Source of the DNA: a virus
Taxonomy: Duplodnaviria; Caudoviricetes
DNA: 49,793 bases
IMG/VR virus record: IMGVR_UViG_3300028293_000008
Coordinates: 1 to 49,793 of that record
Reading direction: 5' to 3' (one strand)
Shown: positions 1 through 9,080 of the stretch, one piece after another
How positions within the stretch are numbered: the stretch's first letter is position 1
How the letters are laid out: every line of letters starts with the position of its first letter
Made by a program: the position numbers and the translations under genes
Notes under the pieces: generated by a model
The model's input: the letters and a program-made list of their open reading frames with translations, nothing else
Database searches by the model: none
Told to the model about the DNA's origin: nothing

Positions 1-492
1 AGCCTGTAAATATCATGGTGTCGCGGTTCTCGTCAACCTGGCTCTCGCGGTCCCCGGCTCTCGACCGTTTCAGCCGGCCCGTTCGCCGCCCGGTCGGCCT
101 GTTCGTTTTTCCGCTTGACAGTTTCTCTTCGTTTGTGGTTGCGCTCTGCATATCTGAACCTTCCGATTTTCTGACTTGCCATTTTCGCACTTCATTACTT
201 TCGGATAATTCCTTTTCGGACTATCACATTTTCAGACTAGCACGTTTTCGGAGTATCTCCAGATGAGTGCGGGCAAACCGTTCAGGTCAACGTCGCTTGA
301 AGGCTTTGTCGTCGGTGCTGCATCGTCGGATCCCGCGCCGCCGGCCTGGGATGGTGTCGAGCGCCGCGTCGGTCCTGCGGATCGCCGCGCCAATGCACAC
401 GACCGTCGATGGGAAGCGTGCAAAGGTCGCCGCGTCCGTCTTGCAGATCGTCGGCGAACGGCAGCGAACGCTCGATTTAGGGGAGGAACGAA

Positions 493-705
493 ATGATTGG
501 ACTGCTGATCTGCCTCATCATCGCGCTCATCATCGCGGCGGCTGTGATGGGAGTTGTGCGCGCGCTGCTCGCGCTACCTGCGTGGGCGGGATTTGCGCCG
601 TATGCCGGCGTGATCTACGCGCTGATCGTGCTGCTGATGGTGCTCATCGTCATCAGCTACTGTTTCGGCGGCGTGCCTGGTCGCGGCGACCTTCGCTTGC
701 ACTAA
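493..705 (+). CDS. small two-TM membrane protein (possible holin-like)
   Basis: 70 aa with two long hydrophobic stretches; GGAGG SD upstream. Confidence 0.55.
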   Translation: MIGLLICLIIALIIAAAVMGVVRALLALPAWAGFAPYAGVIYALIVLLMVLIVISYCFGGVPGRGDLRLH

Positions 706-1044
706 AGCATTACAAATCGCATCGATGTGGATCCCCACATAGCCGCCGAGTTCCGCGAGCGTGGCCTCGCCCATATGGACGGCCAGACATAAGCGGCGAA
801 GTTCCGCGCGCATCGTGTCTAGGTCTGTCGCAGGCATTTCAAAGCGTTCCATACCACCGCTCACGTGGCCAACACGTGACCGCACGCTCGCGAAGTGGCA
901 GCAGGTAGAACCGAATCACATACCACTTGCAGATGAGGAAGAATCCGAACCCGATCACTTCATCGGTGCCAATGCGTCGGGCCTTACAGATGAATCGGAT
1001 CGTGCCGAACCGAACCCGATACCACGGAAACACGGGCGGCATGG

Positions 1045-1386
1045 TCAGACGAGCGCATCGTCGATCGCCGTCATGATCAGCGTCTGAATGATCTCAAAGA
1101 GCTGCTGCGTGATCGCCTGCTGCGCGTCCGGATGCGTGTCGATGTAGGTGCACACCGGATTCTGCGTCTTCCCGATCGCGCGGACGATGATCGTCAGCAC
1201 GGCCTCGGCGCTCTGCTGCGCCAGCACCTGAACGACGGCCGGATTTGCCTTCGCGTAGTTCAGCACGGCGTGCCACAGCACGTCGAACGGCACCAGATCG
1301 ACGAGATGCTCGAGCGCCGAGCGCTGTTGCGGCGCCGGCAGTGCGCGCAGCGCTTCAATATGCGCGCGGCCAGGATGTGTCGTCAT
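1045..1386 (-). CDS. hypothetical protein
   Basis: 113 aa helical-looking ORF with AAGGA SD; part of a leftward run of genes. Confidence 0.65.
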   Translation of the reverse strand: MTTHPGRAHIEALRALPAPQQRSALEHLVDLVPFDVLWHAVLNYAKANPAVVQVLAQQSAEAVLTIIVRAIGKTQNPVCTYIDTHPDAQQAITQQLFEIIQTLIMTAIDDALV

Positions 1387-1534
1387 GGCGTTCGTATCCT
1401 TTCGTGGTCGTCGATCAGAATCACGGCCGATCGCTCGCAGGCCGCGCAGAAGATCTCAAACATATTACTCATGATGTGACGGACCACGTCGATCACGGCG
1501 CCGCAGAACGGGCAATGTGTCGGCGGATCGCCTC

Positions 1535-1720
1535 TCACGGCTTGTTCTCCAGCGCTTTCTTTTCCGCCTGCAGCCCGTTCTCGATGTAGGTCGCATATTC
1601 GCGCAACCGCGCGAGAATTTCCTCGACTGACAGCGACCGCTCTTTGTGCGACGTGAAGCGGACATACGCGCCGTCATCGAATGGCACGACGATGTCGAAT
1701 CGGCCGCGCACGCGTGCCAT
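1535..1720 (-). CDS. hypothetical protein
   Basis: 61 aa; start overlaps stop of 1720..2226. Confidence 0.5.
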   Translation of the reverse strand: MARVRGRFDIVVPFDDGAYVRFTSHKERSLSVEEILARLREYATYIENGLQAEKKALENKP

Positions 1721-2226
1721 CAGAGTTGCTTCAGCGAGTAGCGCCCGCCGCTTTTGTTGATCAGCTTCGCCTGATTCAGTCGGTAGATGATCGTCCGCGT
1801 CACCGTGCTGCGATCGACGCCGGCGGCAATCGCGAGTTGCGTCGTGTCCAGCTCGCGATGCGTGAGCAACGCGTCGATGCCCTTCGCGACCGTGCCGCCG
1901 AGCCGATCCTTCCAGACTTGCCAGACCGCCAGCACGCGCGGATCGATGCTCCTGCCGCTGCCGCCGGCACTCTCGTCGCTGTCCGAGCCCGCCACGCGCT
2001 CGATCTCGCCGAAGATGCCCTGCAGCGCCTTGTAGAGCGGCGTTAGTTGCCGCTGCAGGGGACGAAGGGCTGACACCGCCTCGTCGGCCTCCGCTCGCGC
2101 GCGTTTGACTTCCTGGTTGGCGATGGCCAGTTGCTGCCGCAGCTCGCGATTCTCCCGCTGCAGCGACGTGATGACGTCCGGCTCGTCACTTTCCGGCTCG
2201 ATCCGACCCTCTAGGTAGCGGGTCAT
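1720..2226 (-). CDS. coiled-coil protein with C-terminal winged-HTH
   Basis: heptad N-terminal region; C-terminal LDTTQLAIAAGVDRSTVTRTIIYRLNQAKLINKSGGRY is wHTH-like. Confidence 0.6.
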   Translation of the reverse strand: MTRYLEGRIEPESDEPDVITSLQRENRELRQQLAIANQEVKRARAEADEAVSALRPLQRQLTPLYKALQGIFGEIERVAGSDSDESAGGSGRSIDPRVLAVWQVWKDRLGGTVAKGIDALLTHRELDTTQLAIAAGVDRSTVTRTIIYRLNQAKLINKSGGRYSLKQL

Positions 2227-2858
2227 TGTGCACCAACCGCGGCGACGTGCTCGGGCAGGGCCGCGAAGCCTTTGAACGCGCGCTCGAGCAGGCTCGTCGT
2301 GCCGCAGCGCTCGATCTGCCGGATCGCTTTGATGGTCAGGCCGATCGCCGCCATGTTCCAGCGCACCTGGCTGAACTGATCGCAGGCGATCACGTAATCG
2401 AACTGCTGGCCCGACGTCTGCCGCAGCCAGCGCAGCGCGTTGTCGCGATGCCGCGTCGCGGCGCGGAACAATTCGATGTCGCCGCCGCGATCCGGATGAT
2501 GCACTTGCGCGAGCCGCTTGAATGCGTCGGTGATCTGATCCTCGGTCGGATACGGATCCTTGATCCCGAGCGCGTCCTGCCAGGTGAAGTCGTCATCGCG
2601 CGGGCGCGAGAAGTAGACGGCGACGCCGACGTCGCGCGGCTCGAGGCCGACCGTCATCGCGCCGCGCGCGTTGAGCGGCACATTGCTCGAGATGACGAAC
2701 GATCGCGCCTTCATGCGCCCGAGTTCGTCGGCGAGCTGGTCGCGATACTGCGTCGCCGTGCGTTTCCAGGCGTTCATCGCCCGCTGATCCTGCGGTCGGG
2801 TGCGCGGCCAGTCGCCCGGCCAGGCGAGCGGATGCGATTCCTTTTTTTCCGTAATCAT
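2223..2858 (-). CDS. phage J-domain (DnaJ-like) protein
   Basis: WQDALGI...ITDAFKRLAQVHHPDRGGD contains the HPD motif; N-terminal HPLAWPGDWPRT typical of this phage family. Confidence 0.8.
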   Translation of the reverse strand: MITEKKESHPLAWPGDWPRTRPQDQRAMNAWKRTATQYRDQLADELGRMKARSFVISSNVPLNARGAMTVGLEPRDVGVAVYFSRPRDDDFTWQDALGIKDPYPTEDQITDAFKRLAQVHHPDRGGDIELFRAATRHRDNALRWLRQTSGQQFDYVIACDQFSQVRWNMAAIGLTIKAIRQIERCGTTSLLERAFKGFAALPEHVAAVGAQ

Positions 2859-3055
2859 GTGGCCTCGTAGCGTTTCGCCGAGGGGTTGTAGCGCATGCTG
2901 CCGGACGAATGCCGCTGATACCGCTGCAGATCCTTCGACGCCTGCGGCATGGAGATGCCGAATTTCTTCATCAGGTGCTCGCGGTTGATGAAGCCATAGA
3001 TGTGCAGCATTTCGGCGATGAAGGCGATCCGTTGTGACTCAAACCACGCGCTCAT
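2855..3055 (-). CDS. stand-alone CapW/WYL-regulator-like winged-HTH protein
   Basis: QRIAFIAEML..YGFINREHLMKKFGISMPQASKDLQRY...YNPSAKRY resembles the N-terminal wHTH of CapW-type WYL repressors. Confidence 0.7.
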   Translation of the reverse strand: MSAWFESQRIAFIAEMLHIYGFINREHLMKKFGISMPQASKDLQRYQRHSSGSMRYNPSAKRYEAT

Positions 3056-3275
3056 CGACTGCTCCGTCGGATCGGTTTCAGGTGATGCTGCACAACCTTC
3101 GACTCGGCGACCGTCAGGCGCCGCGAGAACAGATGTTCATCGCGGCACCAGCGACACCGTTGCATGCCGACGACGACCTCATCATAGGCGTCCCACGTTT
3201 CCCTGATGATTTTCGGTTTCGGTCGGCCGCACCCGCCGCAGTGCCGCCAGGGACCGAAGACCGCGCTGCGGATCT

Positions 3276-3722
3276 TCAGAGCGTGAACCGTTTCGCTGTG
3301 CGCAGATAGCCGTCGCCGCTCTTTTTCACATAGCCGTAGCGCGTCAGCGCGCCGATGCCGACGCGGATCCGCTGAATGCCGATTCGGCGCGCGATGTCCT
3401 CGAGGGAATACGGCGTGTGGCGATCGAAGTGCTCGAGCACATGCTTTGTAAACACGCGGCCCGTCTTCAGCACGGGACCGTGCCCGTTGCCGTTCGTCGG
3501 AATCGCCGGCGGCTCGCCGATCGGCACGCCGTTCACGGTCGGCCGCGCGTCGAACATATGCGTGATAGCGACCGCCTCGCCGTTGCTCATCACGACTTGA
3601 ATCTTCGGCGCCTGGTCCGACTGCAGCACGGTCAGCGCGTGCCGTAGGGCATCGAGTTCCTGCTGACGGCGATCAATTTCTTCACTCAGCGCGGCGATGG
3701 ATGGGTTCGCCAAGGCAGTCAT
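3276..3722 (-). CDS. hypothetical protein, possible C-terminal wHTH
   Basis: 148 aa; N-terminal coiled coil, C-terminal YSLEDIARRIG...LTRYGYVKKSGDGY; AGGAAGGA SD. Confidence 0.6.
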   Translation of the reverse strand: MTALANPSIAALSEEIDRRQQELDALRHALTVLQSDQAPKIQVVMSNGEAVAITHMFDARPTVNGVPIGEPPAIPTNGNGHGPVLKTGRVFTKHVLEHFDRHTPYSLEDIARRIGIQRIRVGIGALTRYGYVKKSGDGYLRTAKRFTL

Positions 3723-3901
3723 TCAGTGTGTCCTTCCTGTGAGACGGCGACGCGTCGTGCGACGCCGTCGGCGACGGGGTTTCGGTGTGTCGCACTGTCC
3801 GCACGACGTGACGTGTCCGGCCTGTAGGCAGTGGCCGCAGACGTAGATGATCCGTCCGCACACGCACTGACACTTCCAGAGATCGCCCGAGCAGTGATGC
3901 G

Positions 3902-4093
3902 TCATTCCGGCGGTCCGGTGACGGCGCGGCCAGGTTCGCGCACCGCGTCTTCGATGATCAAGCGCAAATACGACGACTGACTGCGACGCGCAGCACGCGC
4001 GAGTGCCTCGAGCCGCTTCCGGACGCGGCGCGGCGCCCGGCAACTGATGATCACAAGCTGATCGTCGGCTTTTCCGGTGGGACGTTTGGGCAT
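3902..4093 (-). CDS. ribbon-helix-helix (CopG/Arc-like) regulator
   Basis: IISCRAPRRVRKRLEALARAARRSQSSYLRLIIEDAV has the beta-helix-helix pattern; ATG at 4093. Confidence 0.7.
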   Translation of the reverse strand: MPKRPTGKADDQLVIISCRAPRRVRKRLEALARAARRSQSSYLRLIIEDAVREPGRAVTGPPE

Positions 4094-4103
4094 CAACCGC
4101 CTA

Positions 4104-4161
4104 GTCTACAGAAGACGACAGTTGTAGACAAGTGCTGTGCAGCACTTGTAGACAAGTGCTG
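4104..4161. promoter_or_regulatory. operator-like repeat cluster between divergent genes
   Basis: TTGTAGACAAGTGCTG at 4122-4137 and 4146-4161; palindrome AGCACTTGT-AG-ACAAGTGCT at 4141-4160; inverted GTCTACA at 4104-4110. Confidence 0.65.
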
Positions 4162-4226
4162 AGCCACGGTTTACGAATTGCAGCATTGTGCTGGTTTCTG
4201 CCCTACACTGCGCGTCGGAGGGACAG

Positions 4227-4661
4227 ATGACCGAGACAGAGACGCAGGATCGGGCGGCGTATGTGGCCGCGGTGCTCGCGCACGTCGGGTTAATCCCACG
4301 TGGAACGCGGCACGTGAAACATCAGCGGCACCGGCGCACGTCGACACGATGTTCCGGGTGTGGCCGCCCGCGCGACCGCGGACCGCAGCAGCGCTATTGC
4401 CGCCGCTGTCACGCCGAACACATGCGGGCGAAGCGGCCGAAGCACTCCGAGCTGTCGCCGGCGGCGCGCGCCCGCGCGAATTGCCGGCGCGCGACCAATA
4501 TGCTCGTCGCGCGCGGCGCCCTGGTGAAAACGGCGTGTGACTGCGGCGCGACCGACGTCACCGCGGAGCATATCGACGACTACACCGATCCCCGGGCGGT
4601 CATCTGGCGGTGTCGCGTCTGTCGTCGCGGCCCGCGGCCGGCGGTCGCCGACGCGGCCTAG
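4227..4661 (+). CDS. Zn-binding HNH-like protein (degenerate)
   Basis: CSGC...CRRC and C-terminal CDCG...AEHIDDYTDPRAVIWRCRVC resemble phage HHxDYxxPxxVxWLCxxCH proteins; GGAGG SD before 4227. Confidence 0.55.
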   Translation: MTETETQDRAAYVAAVLAHVGLIPRGTRHVKHQRHRRTSTRCSGCGRPRDRGPQQRYCRRCHAEHMRAKRPKHSELSPAARARANCRRATNMLVARGALVKTACDCGATDVTAEHIDDYTDPRAVIWRCRVCRRGPRPAVADAA

Positions 4662-4662
4662 C

Positions 4663-4884
4663 TCATTGCGAGCCGCCGCACGCGACGATGAGTTCCTTGG
4701 TGACGACGTTGACGACGGCCGCGCGCGTCACGATGGCCTGCGCGCGCGCCCGGCGCAGAATCCAGCGGCAATGGTCGACGTTGACGCGTGGCCCGCCGCG
4801 GACCTGCCCGCACGTGCGCGCGACGTCGAGATCGAGCAAGGCCTCGCACACCGTCGCGACCGCCGTCCACTGCGCGCGCGTCAC
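4663..4884 (-). CDS. hypothetical protein
   Basis: GTG start overlapping the stop of the HNH gene. Confidence 0.4.
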   Translation of the reverse strand: MTRAQWTAVATVCEALLDLDVARTCGQVRGGPRVNVDHCRWILRRARAQAIVTRAAVVNVVTKELIVACGGSQ

Positions 4885-5321
4885 GGCCTCGCGTCCATCC
4901 ACTGCCAGAAGTCCATCAGACGCAATGCCCGCTGTTGGGTCGCCTCGCGTCGTCGTCGATTGTGACGGCGCACCCAGGCGCGATACCCGCCGAGCCATCG
5001 CGGATGTGTCGGTCCGCGCCACGTCCGCGCCGGCGTGATGTGGTGCCCCTTCTGCAGCATGTCGTGAATGTTGTCGCGCTGCGTGCCGAGGAATAAGTGA
5101 TCAGGACGACAACACGGCGGCACGTCGCACCGATGCAGGACGAACATGCCAGGCGGAATCTCGCCGAACGTCAGGATCCACGCCACGCGATGCGCGCGCT
5201 GATATTTCCCGGCGTAACTCAGTTGTCCATAACCGCCGCGTCCAGTGCTTCCCGTCCAGAGCCAGCATCCGTCACCGCCCTGCACGCGACGCCAGAAATT
5301 TTCAGGCCTCGTGATCCTCAC
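4881..5321 (-). CDS. HNH homing endonuclease
   Basis: CWLWTG..GYGQ..RAHRVAW..GEIPPGMFVLHRCDVPPCCRPDHLFLGTQRDN classic HNH motif. Confidence 0.9.
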   Translation of the reverse strand: MRITRPENFWRRVQGGDGCWLWTGSTGRGGYGQLSYAGKYQRAHRVAWILTFGEIPPGMFVLHRCDVPPCCRPDHLFLGTQRDNIHDMLQKGHHITPARTWRGPTHPRWLGGYRAWVRRHNRRRREATQQRALRLMDFWQWMDARP

Positions 5322-6736
5322 GGCTTTTCGAGATAGCAGAAACCGAGCCGCGGCGTGCTGACGACACGCCAGCCGTCGCGCGGCGTCGGCGTGTAGTTGC
5401 CGTTCGCATCAACGCGTTTGGTTTGGATCTGGATTGCCCAGGACTGACCGCCGTTCGACTTCGCATAGCTGCGCGTCTCGAGCGCGTCGTCGTGCAGGAT
5501 CGGCATGTTGCCGATGCCGGCCTCGCTGCCCATGTCGCCGCGCTGATACGGCCACAGCAGCGCCTCTTTCGGCGTCCAGCCGAGCGCCCAAAAAAACGCG
5601 AGCGCACAGGCGCGCTGCGTCGGCCCGATCGGCGAGATCGAGTTGATCCCGTCGTCGCAGTGGAAGGTCGCGCCCGGCGAAAACATCTGTGAGCCGCTCG
5701 CATACCACGCGAAATGATCCGGGTTCGTATCGCGCTTGCCCGGCTGCAGCGTTTCCGAGGCGCCCATCGGCTCGTCGCCGATCCAAGGCGTCTGGTCGCT
5801 GTTGTCGCAGAGATCTTTCTGGTCTTTGCACTTGCGCGGCCAGTCGTCGCTGCGCTCACAGTGCGTCGTGCCGTAGTCGGCCGTCGCCGCCGGCGGCCAC
5901 GCGGTGTAGGCGCCGCTCGCGATCAACAGCTCGGTCGTGCCCTTCACGCTGAGCGCGAGATCGGTCGCCTCGGGATCGCCGCCCGGCAGATTCTTGAACG
6001 GTTCATTGGCGATCTCGATGAACACGTTCCACACCGGTTCGAAGCCGCCGCCGCCGGCCGCCGGATCGAGCGCGTCGAGCACGCGCGTCAGATGCCGCTG
6101 CCGATCGTCGGCGTGCGGCATGATGATCTGCGCGTCGGCGAAGACGACGAATTCGACGCGCAGGCCGTGCCCGGCGAGCCACTGCACAAACGGCCGCAGC
6201 TCGCCGTAGTAGGTCGGCTGCTCCTGCGGCCACAGATGCGCGAAGCTGTCGACCATGCCGAGCACGCGCACGACATTCACGCCCAGCTCGAGCCGTTCGC
6301 TGACGAGCGCCTCGAGCGCCGCGCTCGGGCCTTCCTGCAGCCAGCGCAGGAACAGCAAAAAGTCGGTGAACCCGCGCCACTGCCAGCAGTCGCCGACATC
6401 GTCGCGCATGGCCGGGCGATCGATCACGATCTCGCCGATCTCGTCGCCGGGCAGCGGCACCGGCGGCTCGGGGACCGGCTCCGGATCGGGCGGGCGCGCG
6501 CGCCAGGCTTCGGCCTCGGCGGTGTCGTGCAGCCAGGCCTGAATCTCGGCGCCCGTCTGCCCCTCGAGCGCCATCTGCAGCATGATCGCGCCGACCGCAT
6601 CGTCGGGCGTCGGGGAGGGCGGCGCGAAGACATCGCGGCCGATCTCGGCGAGCCCGATTTGCCGGATCGTGCCGGCGAAGCCGGTGAATTCGATCAGGCG
6701 ATCGACGGTGACATCGATCGGAAACGTCGTGCTCAT
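5318..6736 (-). CDS. putative clan GH-A glycoside hydrolase (TIM barrel)
   Basis: GVNVVRVLG, FIEIANEP (acid/base NEP motif), PWIGDEP (candidate nucleophile); Pro-rich linker after the N-terminal domain. Confidence 0.6.
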   Translation of the reverse strand: MSTTFPIDVTVDRLIEFTGFAGTIRQIGLAEIGRDVFAPPSPTPDDAVGAIMLQMALEGQTGAEIQAWLHDTAEAEAWRARPPDPEPVPEPPVPLPGDEIGEIVIDRPAMRDDVGDCWQWRGFTDFLLFLRWLQEGPSAALEALVSERLELGVNVVRVLGMVDSFAHLWPQEQPTYYGELRPFVQWLAGHGLRVEFVVFADAQIIMPHADDRQRHLTRVLDALDPAAGGGGFEPVWNVFIEIANEPFKNLPGGDPEATDLALSVKGTTELLIASGAYTAWPPAATADYGTTHCERSDDWPRKCKDQKDLCDNSDQTPWIGDEPMGASETLQPGKRDTNPDHFAWYASGSQMFSPGATFHCDDGINSISPIGPTQRACALAFFWALGWTPKEALLWPYQRGDMGSEAGIGNMPILHDDALETRSYAKSNGGQSWAIQIQTKRVDANGNYTPTPRDGWRVVSTPRLGFCYLEKP

Positions 6737-6837
6737 AGGTGCCTGCTCCGTGTGGACGGGACCGATCCGGCCTCGCCCATGCTACGCCCGGCTGTCAACT
6801 CGGCCCGGTTGTATCATCCGAAGCTGGAGGGATCCGC

Positions 6838-6981
6838 ATGCTGCTTGCGAGTCTCGTCGGCCTCGCCGCGCTCGTCGCGGTCGCGATCGTGTGGCGCCGG
6901 CGCCGCCTGCCGATCTCCGTCTCGGACGTCTCTGAACAGTGGTTCACCGATCGCATCCGCAACCGCCGGCTCGACGACTGA
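6838..6981 (+). CDS. small single-TM membrane protein
   Basis: 47 aa; TM segment followed by WRRRR...VSEQW; GGAGG SD. Confidence 0.55.
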   Translation: MLLASLVGLAALVAVAIVWRRRRLPISVSDVSEQWFTDRIRNRRLDD

Positions 6982-6984
6982 CGC

Positions 6985-7272
6985 TCACGCGAGCGTGATC
7001 GTTGAGCCGCCGCCGTAGCGGGCGTTGAGTTTGTCCTCGTAGCGCTTGACTTCGTCGCTCATCGCCTCGGTGATCGCGTCGAGATACTCGGCCTCGGTGA
7101 TGATCCCTTTCGCGATCAGCAGCTTCACCAGGCCGGCCTGATCGCTCATCGCCGCATTGACGCCGACGCGCAGATGCTTCGCGCTCGTCGGCTGGTCGGT
7201 GTGATTCATTTCCATCGCCACGCCGCTCTGCATCGCGTGCAGCTTGTCGGTGTAATCCTTCCGGTCACTCAT
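6985..7272 (-). CDS. hypothetical phage protein
   Basis: 95 aa; GGAGG SD; protein-like composition. Confidence 0.7.
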   Translation of the reverse strand: MSDRKDYTDKLHAMQSGVAMEMNHTDQPTSAKHLRVGVNAAMSDQAGLVKLLIAKGIITEAEYLDAITEAMSDEVKRYEDKLNARYGGGSTITLA

Positions 7273-7300
7273 CGTCGCCTCCAGATGTTACGGTTTCGGA

Positions 7301-7564
7301 CTATTCGTCATCGCGATAGGGCGTCCATTCGCGCGCCGGCGTCGCGCTCGCCGGCGTGACGCGGGAGAAGTCGCCGCTCGTCTGCGCGGGCACGATGAGC
7401 GGCGCGAGGGTCGTCGGCACCGGTTCGCCGGCGCACGTCGGACAGCGCAGAAACGCCCGGTGCACGCTCGCGATCCGTCGGACGAGCACGGGCTCGCCGC
7501 GGCCGATCGGTTTCCGACAATAGCCGCATGTGACGTCGCGTGTCGCGCGTTCCCAGGTGCGCAT
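7301..7564 (-). CDS. small Zn-ribbon protein
   Basis: CGYC...CPTC. Confidence 0.6.
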   Translation of the reverse strand: MRTWERATRDVTCGYCRKPIGRGEPVLVRRIASVHRAFLRCPTCAGEPVPTTLAPLIVPAQTSGDFSRVTPASATPAREWTPYRDDE

Positions 7565-7565
7565 G

Positions 7566-8798
7566 CTAGTGCTCCTGCCAGCGACGGCGATCGCCGCCTG
7601 CCGCGCGTTGCATCAATTGCAACTGCCCGCACGCCCACGTCGACGCACAGCGCGGCGTGTGGGGACACTCGAGCTGCAGGCCGCTCGCCGACGTGCGCCG
7701 CCGTCCATTCGGACCGGCGCGGGTGCGCTCGTCGCGCCACGTGATCACCTTCGCGAGATTTTTCTCGAGCAACCCGATCGGCCAGCCGCGCGAGCGGCAG
7801 AACGGATCCGGCCAGGCGAGATAGGCCTCGATGACGTCGAGCACGTCGAAGTCGACTTTGAAGTCTGCGAGCTTCCACCGGATGTTGTCCATCTTCGCGA
7901 CGTCGCTCGGCCGCTCGTCGTAGGGCAGGCCGTCGTGCTGCTGCGCCCATCCGGCGTAGAAGGCGCGCAGACAGTCGGCCGTCGTCGGGCCGTCCCCCTC
8001 AGCGATCCCTTGGTCGTCGTCGTGGACGATCCCCTTCCCCTCGTCCTGCTGTTGCTGTCGCTCTGCTGAGGACGTAGGCAAGGCTTCGCGCGCGTGTATG
8101 CGCGCGCGATCGGATGACCCTGATGCCACAACAGCAACAAGATCTACATGGATCTGGTTCCGTATAAGGAATGCAGCGTCCCCGGGGTCGCTCAGGCTTT
8201 GACCCTGAACGTCCCCGGAGTCGCTCAGGCCCTGCACGACTCCGGGGACGCTCAGGCTCGCTGCGGGGGCAGGAGCCTGAGCGTCCCCCGGGACGTGCAG
8301 GGTCGTCGCGGCGGTGAGCGGGCGCGTGCGGACCGGCCGCCCTTTGCGGGGTCGGCGCGCAGCCGCGCTCGCGGCGCGCGACGGCTCGACGCGAATCAAT
8401 TCGTAATCGTTCCCGACGACGAAGCCCGTCCCGGGTTGCCGCCGCTGCGTGCTGGTCAGCGCGCCGGCGCGGCGTAACGTGTCGATCGCGCGTTCGATGG
8501 TTTTGACCGAGCAGTGCAGATCCGCGGCGAGGCGATCGCGTTTCGGCCAGGCGACGCCGGCGCGATTCGCATAGCGCGCGTCGAGCCAGGCGTAGAGCAG
8601 AATCGCGGCGGGCTCGTTGAGCACGCGCTGCATGAGCCAGAGCGGCACGCGCGCGTAGCGGCCGGTTGTCTCAGGAAGGGTCGAGGGCGGCGAGGATGCG
8701 GGCGCGACCCGCGCGGGTGCGCGTGACGCGGGTGTCGCGGGCGTGGTCGATCGAGACGACCGCGCACGCGGAGTGCGCGGGGCACGACGTTTCGTCAT
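7566..8798 (-). CDS. replication initiator with N-terminal HTH (lambda O-like organisation)
   Basis: YARVPLWL..AILLYAWL..AWPKRDRLAADLHCSVKTIERAIDTLRRAG HTH; internal iterons. Confidence 0.75.
   Translation of the reverse strand: MTKRRAPRTPRARSSRSTTPATPASRAPARVAPASSPPSTLPETTGRYARVPLWLMQRVLNEPAAILLYAWLDARYANRAGVAWPKRDRLAADLHCSVKTIERAIDTLRRAGALTSTQRRQPGTGFVVGNDYELIRVEPSRAASAAARRPRKGRPVRTRPLTAATTLHVPGDAQAPAPAASLSVPGVVQGLSDSGDVQGQSLSDPGDAAFLIRNQIHVDLVAVVASGSSDRARIHAREALPTSSAERQQQQDEGKGIVHDDDQGIAEGDGPTTADCLRAFYAGWAQQHDGLPYDERPSDVAKMDNIRWKLADFKVDFDVLDVIEAYLAWPDPFCRSRGWPIGLLEKNLAKVITWRDERTRAGPNGRRRTSASGLQLECPHTPRCASTWACGQLQLMQRAAGGDRRRWQEH
8177..8295. repeat. four 21-bp iterons (putative replication origin)
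   Basis: CGTCCCCGGRGTCGCTCAGGC-like at 8177-8197, 8210-8230, 8237-8257 and inverted at 8275-8295; AT-richer stretch adjacent at about 8120-8172. Confidence 0.75.
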
Positions 8799-9064
8799 AG
8801 GCAGACACGCTCCGTGCGGTCAGGCAACCGTGGGGGAGTCGTGCGCGGCGCCGCGCCGGGGCTGCCTGGGATGGAGGCAACCGGGCCGGCGCGGCGTGTG
8901 GTGCGCAGTCGGGATCGACCCGACGTGTGACGGACGATACCCGCAGGGGAAGCATACGCGCAATAACGTGTTTTCGTAGAGGTAGGTGTGACCACTAGTT
9001 ATGGTGGTGAACGCGTCGGCGGCCACAATAACATAAATACATGAACTCTCACGTATGTGTCGTG

Positions 9065-9073
9065 TGGTATGCT
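9065..9073 (+). promoter_or_regulatory. extended -10 promoter, probably giving a leaderless mRNA
   Basis: TG-G-TATGCT at 9065-9073, with ATG 7 nt downstream at 9081, in an AT-rich divergent intergenic region. Confidence 0.45.
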
Positions 9074-9080
9074 TCGCGCC

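Noticed and set aside
2965-2976. Additional hammerhead-like CUGAUGA..GAAA on the minus strand
   Set aside because: There is no stem II between the core segments, and it lies inside the wHTH coding sequence.
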